NCBI RefSeq assembly: GCF_000473995.1
Contig: NC_022571.1
Coordinates: forward strand, 2,301,416 to 2,325,415
DNA length: 24,000 bases
Source: Clostridium saccharobutylicum DSM 13864
GTDB taxonomy: Bacteria > Bacillota > Clostridia > Clostridiales > Clostridiaceae
Direction: 5' to 3'
Shown here: positions 1 through 7,561 of the stretch, piece by piece
How positions within the stretch are numbered: position 1 is the first letter of the stretch
Layout of the letters: each line of letters begins with the position of its first letter
Program-made: the position numbers and the translations under genes
The notes under the pieces: generated by a model
The model's input: the letters and a program-made list of their open reading frames with translations, nothing else
The model's database searches: none
What the model was told of the DNA's origin: nothing

Positions 1-1737
1 GAAGCAAGCGCAGCTTCAAGAGAGCTTGGTGCTACAATGACTCAAATAGCTACTGGAGCAGTACAAGCATCATCCGCAGCAGAAGAATCAAGAGCAGCAG
101 TAAATCAGATAGATAAAGCTTCTATTGTAGGAATGCAAAGGGCAAAGGAATCATTAGATAGAATGACTGAGGCTCAAGCACTAATAAGAACAACAGCAAG
201 AGATACAGAGCAGCTTATATTAGGAATTGGAGAAGCAGCAAAAACGAATCTTGAATCAGTTAAGTTAATAAATGAACTTGAAAAACAGTCTGATGAAATA
301 GGTGACATTGTACAAGCAGTGGTACGAATAGCTGATCAAACTAATTTGCTTGCTCTTAATGCTGCTATTGAAGCTGCTAGGGCAGGGGAACATGGAAGAG
401 GTTTTGCTGTAGTGGCAGATGAAGTGAGAAATTTAGCAGAGATATCTGAGAAATCTGCTCGTAATATAACAGACTTAGTAGATGAAATACAAAAAAATGT
501 TAAAATTGTTGTTACTGATATAGAAGCTTCAGGAAAAGCCGCAAACGAAGAAATTGAAAAAGCTAAAAAAATTACAGAGGATTTAGTAAAAGTTGAAGAA
601 GATGTTATCATAGTGCAACGTGGTATAAATGAAATTGAAGAAAACTCAACAGATGCAAATAATGGGGCTTCTGAATTTTTAGAAATATCTGAACAAATAG
701 CAGCAGCAGCAGAAGAGCAAACCAGTGCAGCAGAAGAAGTAGAGAGATCAATAGAAGAGCAAAATAAAGCATTTGAAGAATTAAATATAGCATCTTCTGA
801 ACTATCACAGTTATCAGAAGAATTAAAAGTATCAACAGATACACAAAAATCATCTGAAATACTTGCATCTACAGCTGAAGAACTTTCTTCAAATGTCGAA
901 GAGGCAAATTCAGTTGCAACAGAGATAATGAGAGCTATTGAACAAGTTGCAATAGGAGCTGAAACTCAAGCAAACTTGACAGAAAAAGCAGCATTAATTA
1001 GTGAAAGATTAGCTGCTGGAGCAACACAAATGAATTCAACATCAATTGAATCCGGAGAAAAAGTTACAGAGCTTCAGCAATTACTTGATGAGAACAAACA
1101 AGGAGTAGATGTAATGATAGATGGAATTAGTTCATCTGCAGAGGCTAGTAATGTGGCTGCAAAGAATATCAAGAATCTAGAGGAAACTACTAGAAAAATT
1201 GATAAAATTGTAGATGCAATTGTAAATGTAACAATTCAAACTAATATGTTAGCAGTTAATGGATCTATAGAAGCAGCTAGAGCAGGTGAATTTGGAAGAG
1301 GTTTCTCAGTAGTAGCAGGAGATATAAGAACATTAGCAAATGAATCAGCTGAGAATACAGATAAGATAAAAGATTTAGTTAGAGGAATTCAAAGTCAGAT
1401 TACAAGAGTTGCTATGGATATAGAATTATCTAGCAAGACTTCTTTCGCTGAGGTTGAAAAGGCAAAAACAATAACGGATAATTTAAATTTGATTCAAGAT
1501 GGCATGAATGTTATTTTAATTGGAACAAACGAAATTTCTAAAGGCTCTGAAGAAACTATGGTAGCACTTGAACAAGCTAAAAAGGGAGTTGAACAAATTT
1601 CATCAGCAGCTACAGAAACATCTGCAGCTACAGAAGAAGCGAGCAATGTGGCAACAGAGCAATCTAAAGGAATGCAAGAACTTGCAGAGGCTATAGAGGA
1701 GATAGCAGGGCTTGCAGATGAGTTACAAAATATGTAA
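1..1737 (+). CDS. Methyl-accepting chemotaxis protein with two tandem signalling (MA) domains. It is 5'-truncated by the window edge, and the ATG at 37 is internal.
   Basis: Frame 1 is open from nt 1 ([12 protein letters not shown] precedes the ATG at 37). There are two MCP hairpin-tip signatures: [35 protein letters not shown] (tip Glu codon at 388-390) and [37 protein letters not shown] (tip Glu codon at 1288-1290), exactly 300 codons apart. Each is followed by A/E/Q/S/T-rich methylation-helix-like segments ([20 protein letters not shown]; [20 protein letters not shown]). No hydrophobic TM stretch occurs in the visible part. Confidence 0.9.
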   Translation, partial: EASAASRELGATMTQIATGAVQASSAAEESRAAVNQIDKASIVGMQRAKESLDRMTEAQALIRTTARDTEQLILGIGEAAKTNLESVKLINELEKQSDEIGDIVQAVVRIADQTNLLALNAAIEAARAGEHGRGFAVVADEVRNLAEISEKSARNITDLVDEIQKNVKIVVTDIEASGKAANEEIEKAKKITEDLVKVEEDVIIVQRGINEIEENSTDANNGASEFLEISEQIAAAAEEQTSAAEEVERSIEEQNKAFEELNIASSELSQLSEELKVSTDTQKSSEILASTAEELSSNVEEANSVATEIMRAIEQVAIGAETQANLTEKAALISERLAAGATQMNSTSIESGEKVTELQQLLDENKQGVDVMIDGISSSAEASNVAAKNIKNLEETTRKIDKIVDAIVNVTIQTNMLAVNGSIEAARAGEFGRGFSVVAGDIRTLANESAENTDKIKDLVRGIQSQITRVAMDIELSSKTSFAEVEKAKTITDNLNLIQDGMNVILIGTNEISKGSEETMVALEQAKKGVEQISSAATETSAATEEASNVATEQSKGMQELAEAIEEIAGLADELQNM

Positions 1738-1755
1738 TTAATGGAGGGGTGACAA

Positions 1756-3225
1756 ATGGCTTCTATAGAAAACAATTTGAGTTTAACAGAAAGACAGTTG
1801 GTAACTTTCCATCTTGGAAACGATGAATTTGGTGCAGATATAATGAATGTAAAAGAAATAGTAAGAGTTTCCGAAATTACAAAAGTACCCAATGTGCCAT
1901 TCTATGTGGAGGGTGTCTGCAATCTTAGGGGAAATGTACTTCCTATCATAGATGGTAGGACAAGATTTAACATGGAAAAAAAGGATAAAGATGAGAACAG
2001 TAGAGTACTTGTAATTGATATAAATGGCAGGGCTACGGGTGTAATAGTAGATAGAGTTTCAGAAGTAATGAGAATAAATTCTTCAGAAATTGAAGCTACT
2101 CCAAGTATAATGAGAACAGAAAATATGGACTATTTAAGTGGAGTATTGAAACTTGATAATGGTAACCGGATTATATTGCTTTTAGATTTATTAAAAGTTT
2201 TAAATGTTGAGGAAGTTCAAAATATTGATTTAAAAGATTTTAGTACTGATTTAGAAAAAATAGATAATTTCATAGAAAAAGAAAAAATAAATGAAGAACA
2301 GTTAGTTTCTTTTATGGTTGATAAAGAAGAATATGCAATAAATATAATGCAGGTAAAAGAAATAATAAGAGTTATTGATATAGTGAAAGTTCCGAGTACT
2401 GAAGATTATATTGAAGGTGTAGTATCAATAAGAAATAATCTGTTGCCAATTATTAATTTGCGAAAATATTTTGGTTTAGAGATTTCACAAATCAATGATC
2501 ATACTAGAATTTTGATAGTTGATATGGGAAAAATAACCTGTGGAATAATGGTGGACAAGGTTTCAGAGGTGAAAAGAGTTCAAGAAAGTATTATACAGCC
2601 ACCACCAAGTATTTTTTCTAATGAAGAAGAGCCTCTTAAGGGGGTAGCTAAATTAGATGGTGGAAAAAGACTTATTATGATTTTAGAACCGACAAAGTTA
2701 ATATCCCTAGAAAGATTAGAAAAAATTGCAGGGCTTGAAGAAAATAAAGAAGAAAATTTTAAAACTATCGAAAAACAATTGCTAGCTGAAGAGCAATTAG
2801 TGACTTTTAAGATAGATCGTGAAGAATATGCTATAAAAATAAATTCTGTTCAAGAAATAACAAGAATGACAGAAATAACAAGAATTCCAAGAGCTCCATA
2901 TTTTATTGATGGTATTGTAAATCTTAGAGGAAATATTATACCGGCACTTGACTTAAGAAAACTATTTGAAATGGAGGAAAAAGAAGTAACAGATTCAACT
3001 CGAATTATCATTGTTGATTTAGATAATAAGAAAACAGGAATAATAGTTGATGAAGTTTCTGAAGTTTTAAGATTTGAAAAAAATCTTATAGAAAGTTCAC
3101 CAGGTATCTTAAGTAAAAGTAAAAGTAATAAATATATTGATGGAGTTGGTAAGATAGATAATGGAAATAGAATGGTTATAATACTGGAATTAAATCAAAT
3201 ACTAAATTTCAATAATAATATTTAA
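1756..3225 (+). CDS. cheW: Coupling protein with three tandem CheW domains
   Basis: Three repeats of the CheW core pattern: LVTFHLGNDEFGADIMNVKEIVRV...VEGVCNLRGNVLPIID; LVSFMVDKEEYAINIMQVKEIIRV...IEGVVSIRNNLLPIIN; LVTFKIDREEYAIKINSVQEITRM...IDGIVNLRGNIIPALD. Each is followed by a ...GIIVD.VSEV... segment. GGAGGGG RBS lies 7 nt upstream of the ATG. Confidence 0.9.
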   Translation: MASIENNLSLTERQLVTFHLGNDEFGADIMNVKEIVRVSEITKVPNVPFYVEGVCNLRGNVLPIIDGRTRFNMEKKDKDENSRVLVIDINGRATGVIVDRVSEVMRINSSEIEATPSIMRTENMDYLSGVLKLDNGNRIILLLDLLKVLNVEEVQNIDLKDFSTDLEKIDNFIEKEKINEEQLVSFMVDKEEYAINIMQVKEIIRVIDIVKVPSTEDYIEGVVSIRNNLLPIINLRKYFGLEISQINDHTRILIVDMGKITCGIMVDKVSEVKRVQESIIQPPPSIFSNEEEPLKGVAKLDGGKRLIMILEPTKLISLERLEKIAGLEENKEENFKTIEKQLLAEEQLVTFKIDREEYAIKINSVQEITRMTEITRIPRAPYFIDGIVNLRGNIIPALDLRKLFEMEEKEVTDSTRIIIVDLDNKKTGIIVDEVSEVLRFEKNLIESSPGILSKSKSNKYIDGVGKIDNGNRMVIILELNQILNFNNNI

Positions 3226-3236
3226 ATTATAAATAG

Positions 3237-3280
3237 TTCCATTTAGGTTATTCATAATTGAAAATCTAAATGGAATTTTA
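3237..3280 (+). terminator. Hairpin plus T-run between the cheW3 and cheB genes (possible partial intrinsic terminator or attenuator)
   Basis: TTCCATTTAG (3237-3246) is the exact reverse complement of CTAAATGGAA (3266-3275), with a 19-nt loop, followed directly by TTTTAT. The stem is AT-rich, so the strength is uncertain. Confidence 0.4.
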
Positions 3281-3323
3281 TAAGTAATACGTAGTTAATT
3301 TAATATTTAAGAAGGTGGTTATA

Positions 3324-4433
3324 ATGGTACATAAGATAAGAGTATTAATAGTAGATGATTCTGCGTTAATGAGAAGAGTAATAAAAGAGATTTTGCTTAC
3401 AGATGACAAATTAGAAATTGTTGGGATAGCCAAGGATGGAGAAGATGCCATAGAAAAAGTGAGATTACTAAATCCAGATGTAGTAACAATGGACATTAAC
3501 ATGCCTGTTATGGATGGATTAACTTCTATGCAGTATATTCTTGAAGAGTTTTCAGAAGTAGCTGTTCTTATTTTAAGTTCCCTTACACAAGAAGGTGCAT
3601 TGAAGACATTTGAGGCGCTTGAGTTAGGAGCATTTGATTATGTTAGTAAGCCTTCAGGAACGGTATCTTCAAACTTATATATAGTTGGAAAAGAAATAAT
3701 AGAAAAAGTTAAAGCTGCTTACAAGTATATCCAAAAAAGAAATAGGCATCAAAGAATTATGGGGGGGAAGTCTACACTTATTGGAATTAGAAGTAATAAG
3801 AATCATAAGCAACCTATCATTGGTGAAAGAAAGGTTTCAATAAGTGACAATCTTTCAAAAGTTGTAGTAATTGGTATATCAACAGGAGGACCAAGCACGC
3901 TTATGGAGGTACTTCCACAGCTGCCAGGTGATTTAAAAGCATCTATAATAGTAGTGCAGCATATGCCGCCATCATTTACAGGTCAATTTGCTAAGCGAAT
4001 TGATTCAGCAACTGAAATTGATTTTAAGGAAGCTGAGGCAGGAGATATTATTACTAATGGAAGAGGATTTTTAGCACCAGGGGGATATCAGCTTTTAGTA
4101 AGAAGTAGCAGTCTAAAAGGTGGTAATCTGATAAGGTTGACCAAGCAGCCTCAAACTCTTTTTATGCCTTCTGTTAATATAACTATGGAATCAGTGCTTG
4201 AATGTTTCGGTCCTAAAAAAACTATAGGAGTTTTAATGACTGGAATGGGTGACGATGGCGCAGATGCAATGGTTAAAATAAAAAGAGCAGGCGGCATAAC
4301 TATAGCAGAAGATGAATCTACTGCAGTTGTATATGGGATGCCAAGGGAAGCAATAAAAAGAGGCGGAGCTGATATAGTAGTGCCTTCATATAAAATAGCA
4401 AGGGAAATAATAAAAGCAGTAAATATGAAATAA
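3324..4433 (+). CDS. cheB: CheB protein-glutamate methylesterase (receiver plus methylesterase domain)
   Basis: The N-terminal receiver has RVLIVDDSALMR and PDVVTMDINMPVMDG. The C-terminal part has VVIGISTGGP...VVQHMPP...GVLMTGMGDDGA...VVYGMPREAI. The ATG at 3324 is preferred over the GTG at 3315 because AAGGTGG (3312-3318) sits about 6 nt upstream of it. Confidence 0.93.
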   Translation: MVHKIRVLIVDDSALMRRVIKEILLTDDKLEIVGIAKDGEDAIEKVRLLNPDVVTMDINMPVMDGLTSMQYILEEFSEVAVLILSSLTQEGALKTFEALELGAFDYVSKPSGTVSSNLYIVGKEIIEKVKAAYKYIQKRNRHQRIMGGKSTLIGIRSNKNHKQPIIGERKVSISDNLSKVVVIGISTGGPSTLMEVLPQLPGDLKASIIVVQHMPPSFTGQFAKRIDSATEIDFKEAEAGDIITNGRGFLAPGGYQLLVRSSSLKGGNLIRLTKQPQTLFMPSVNITMESVLECFGPKKTIGVLMTGMGDDGADAMVKIKRAGGITIAEDESTAVVYGMPREAIKRGGADIVVPSYKIAREIIKAVNMK

Positions 4434-4459
4434 TAATTCAATTCTATTCAACTGGAAAG

Positions 4460-6349
4460 GTGCTGATTGAGATAGATTTTTATGAGCTTCAAGAAATGAA
4501 TGAAAGTAATATTGAATATCTTATAAATGAACTTAAAAATGAAAAAGATAAATATACTCAAGAAATAATTGCGAATAGAATTGGACAATTTAAATCTGAA
4601 TACACTGCAAATTTAGTTGGAAAAATGCTTGAAATAGAAGATACCCGTATTCGAAATACAGCTATAGAAATATTACAGGATATGGGCGAAATGTGTATTA
4701 ATACTATAAGCAAAATGGTTTATCATAATGATAAAAATGTAAGAAAATTCATATTAGATATAATAAAAGAAATAAAAACTGAGAAAAGCAGTTTAGTTGC
4801 GTTGGCTGCATTAAATGACAATGACGACAACATAGTTCAAACAGCTGTAGAAATAGTAAATTATAATAGATACATTCCTGCTATTCCTAAGTTATTAGAT
4901 ATTTTAAAAGTAACTAATAATATATGGATAATTGTTGCTTTAATCAATGCCTTTTCTACACTAGGAGAAAAATCTGCTGCACAGCATATAGAAGAGAGAT
5001 TAGATGAAATTAGTTTATCAACTTTAGAAAAAAATATTATTATTAATTATTATGTTAAGGCCCTAGGTGATATAGGTTCAATTAGGCACTTAGAGAAGAC
5101 TATGACTATATACAAGAATATGTTTCAAATTGATGATGATAATTTAGATTACTGCATTAATGGAATAGTTACTAGAAATGAAGTTGATACCTTAAGCTTA
5201 GATGTCATAAGTTTGATCCAAGAATATTATGAAGATAAAATTAATTCTAAAAATCCGAAGTTAACCTTGGATAATATTAGAACAGCAGTAAAATTAGGAT
5301 TTATATTTTCTATAGATAGTATAGAACTTTTAAAAGAATTGCTAATAAATTCTCCGAGCGAAGATTATTTTGAAGGTTTATTTGAAATAGTAGCGAATCA
5401 AAAAGATTTATCTAAAGATATTATCTCAGAGCTTATAAAGCATAATGATTCCCAAATAAACGTGTTTACTTTAAGGCTTATTAGAAGAAGGCGAATTTTA
5501 GGATTTAATGAATTTGTAAAAAGTTTTCTGATTAGTGGAATAGATACTAATATGTGCGTTGAGGCTTTAAATGTTGTTACAAGAATTGAAAGCTATTATG
5601 ATAAGGAGATTTTAAATCGATTTGTTAATTGCAATAATCATGAATTGAGTAAGATTGCAATACAAGGGATAAAGCTTGAATCAGTAAGTGATAGAGACAC
5701 TTTAATGAAGATATTTATTGGTTCTAATACTGATTTAAGAAAAATTATAGTAAAAAGGTTTATAGAAAATAGTAAATTTATAGATATTGATAAAATTATA
5801 GAAATAATTAGAGAAGCGAAAGATTCTGCCATAGTAGAGGCGTTAGAAATTTTGTTTTACATAGATAGTAAAAGGGCTGGAGAAGTTATTGATGAAACTT
5901 TAGATAATGAAGATAAAGAGATAAGAAAAAAAATAGTTAGAATAATGAAGTTAATTGGAACTGATGATGATTTCTATAAATACATGTACATTATGGCTCA
6001 AGATTGTGAAGCAGAAGTAAGAAGAGTAGTCATAAGGGAGATAAGCAAAGAAAGTAAGCATAGAGCATTTGTTTTTCTTAAGGGGCTTTTGGAAAGCGAA
6101 AACGACGTGCAAAATAAATATGAAATTATATGTAATCTTTATAAGTATAAATTTGAGGATTGTTACAAACTAATAGTTCAAAATTTAGAGAACAGTAATC
6201 TTCTCTTGAAAATTGCAGCCATTACAAGCTTAGGAGCATATGGAGATAAACGAGCAATAGAATATTTAAGTGAACTAATTAAAGATATAAATCCTGATAT
6301 CAGAGAGTGTGTACAAGAGGCGCTTTATAGATTGGAAGTGGTTAAGTGA
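4460..6349 (+). CDS. HEAT-repeat (PBS-lyase-type) protein of unknown function
   Basis: Recurrent helical-repeat motifs of the D..VR..A...L type: EDTRIRNTAIEILQDMG, NDKNVRKFILDIIKEI, DNIVQTAVEIV, EDKEIRKKIVRIMKLIG, CEAEVRRVVIREISK, NPDIRECVQEALYRL. The GTG start at 4460 is uncertain, and the in-frame ATG at 4496 is an alternative. The stop overlaps the cheR start. Confidence 0.7.
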   Translation: MLIEIDFYELQEMNESNIEYLINELKNEKDKYTQEIIANRIGQFKSEYTANLVGKMLEIEDTRIRNTAIEILQDMGEMCINTISKMVYHNDKNVRKFILDIIKEIKTEKSSLVALAALNDNDDNIVQTAVEIVNYNRYIPAIPKLLDILKVTNNIWIIVALINAFSTLGEKSAAQHIEERLDEISLSTLEKNIIINYYVKALGDIGSIRHLEKTMTIYKNMFQIDDDNLDYCINGIVTRNEVDTLSLDVISLIQEYYEDKINSKNPKLTLDNIRTAVKLGFIFSIDSIELLKELLINSPSEDYFEGLFEIVANQKDLSKDIISELIKHNDSQINVFTLRLIRRRRILGFNEFVKSFLISGIDTNMCVEALNVVTRIESYYDKEILNRFVNCNNHELSKIAIQGIKLESVSDRDTLMKIFIGSNTDLRKIIVKRFIENSKFIDIDKIIEIIREAKDSAIVEALEILFYIDSKRAGEVIDETLDNEDKEIRKKIVRIMKLIGTDDDFYKYMYIMAQDCEAEVRRVVIREISKESKHRAFVFLKGLLESENDVQNKYEIICNLYKYKFEDCYKLIVQNLENSNLLLKIAAITSLGAYGDKRAIEYLSELIKDINPDIRECVQEALYRLEVVK

Positions 6350-7188
6350 TATTATCGGAGATTTTATATGAGAAGTTTACAGAGTTCATTTATAGAAAAA
6401 CAGGATTATACTACGAGACTAATAAAAAATATTTTGTAGAAAAAAGAATTGAAAATCGCACTATTGAATTAGGTTTTTCAGATTACAAAGAATATTATAA
6501 TCTTATAAAATTCTCTGTTGATGAAACCGAATTTTATAAACTTGTTAATGATTTAACAGTTAATGAAACTTATTTTTTTCGCGATTTTCCACAACTTCAG
6601 AATTTTGCAGAAAAGGTGCTTCCAATTATAGTAAAAGAAAAGGAAAAAAATAATGATTACACCCTCAATATATGGAGCGCGGCTTGTTCTAGAGGTGATG
6701 AACCATATACTTTAGCTATAATACTAAATGAGATGTTAGATAAACCAGAAAAATGGGATATTAAGATAACGGCATCGGATATTAATGATGAAGTTCTTAA
6801 ATTTGCAAAAATAGGTGCATATGATAATAGATCAATAAAAGATGTACCACCGGAGTATCTTAATAAATACTTTGTAAAAAGAAATGAAAAATATTTAGTT
6901 AATTTGAAGATTAGGAAACCATTGGAATTTAAAAGGTTAAATTTTTTTGATTTTAGTGAAATGAAAAAAATGATAAATTATGATGTTATTTTTTGTAGAA
7001 ATGCTCTGATTTATTTTAATGACCAATCAAGAAAAACAGTAATAGATAGTTTTTATTACAGTTTAAATCCAGGAGGTTTTATATTCCTCGGTCATTCAGA
7101 GTCTATAGGAAGAATAAGTTCTGCTTTCCAAGCTAAAAGAATTGGAAGTGGAATAGTTTATTCAAAACCTTTCAGAGAGGATTTGTAA
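6346..7188 (+). CDS. cheR: CheR chemotaxis protein methyltransferase
   Basis: VNETYFFRD, NIWSAACSRGDEPYTLAIIL, ITASDIN, VIFCRNALIYFN and GGFIFLGHSES motifs. The GTG start overlaps the upstream stop (GTGA). Confidence 0.92.
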   Translation: MILSEILYEKFTEFIYRKTGLYYETNKKYFVEKRIENRTIELGFSDYKEYYNLIKFSVDETEFYKLVNDLTVNETYFFRDFPQLQNFAEKVLPIIVKEKEKNNDYTLNIWSAACSRGDEPYTLAIILNEMLDKPEKWDIKITASDINDEVLKFAKIGAYDNRSIKDVPPEYLNKYFVKRNEKYLVNLKIRKPLEFKRLNFFDFSEMKKMINYDVIFCRNALIYFNDQSRKTVIDSFYYSLNPGGFIFLGHSESIGRISSAFQAKRIGSGIVYSKPFREDL

Positions 7189-7190
7189 GT

Positions 7191-7559
7191 ATGAAAAAGA
7201 TATTGATTGTTGATGATTCAGAAATGGTTAGAAATTTTTACAGCTATATTTTAAAAGTGTTTTCCATGGAATCAGATACGGCAGAAAATGGCTTAGTTGC
7301 TTATGAAAAAATATTAGAGAGTGAATTCAGTGTTATTATTACTGATATAAATATGCCAAAAATGAATGGGTATGAATTAGTAGAAGAAATAAGAAGATTA
7401 GAAATAAAGACTCCTATAATAGTAGTATCTACTCAGGATGAGCAAAAAGAAATATTAAAAAGCATGAAAGCTGGCGCGAATATATTTCTTATTAAACCTA
7501 CAGAACCTGATAAATTTATACATACAGTTAAAGAAATCCTTAGAAAAGAGAGTGTGTAG
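7191..7559 (+). CDS. Single-domain response regulator (CheY-like receiver)
   Basis: KILIVDDSEMVR, VIITDINMPKMNGYEL, IIVVSTQ and FLIKP give the full set of receiver acidic pocket, phospho-Asp, Thr/Ser and Lys positions. It lies 2 nt after cheR and 2 nt before cheA. Confidence 0.85.
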   Translation: MKKILIVDDSEMVRNFYSYILKVFSMESDTAENGLVAYEKILESEFSVIITDINMPKMNGYELVEEIRRLEIKTPIIVVSTQDEQKEILKSMKAGANIFLIKPTEPDKFIHTVKEILRKESV

Positions 7560-7561
7560 GT

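Noticed and set aside
336-1892. Minus-strand ORFs 336-611, 608-868 and 1494-1892 inside the MCP gene and the cheW3 5' end
   Set aside because: They are antisense shadows of a strongly supported plus-strand gene. The translations are low-complexity (S/F/L/I-rich), and they lack RBSs and recognisable motifs.
3315-3323. Longer upstream alternative starts reported by the ORF track (GTG 3315 for cheB, TTG 10684 for cheX copy 2, TTG 11245 for rsbR)
   Set aside because: In each case an in-frame ATG 9-18 nt downstream is preceded by a GGAGG/AGGTGG-type RBS at proper spacing, and the RBS would lie inside the longer ORF.
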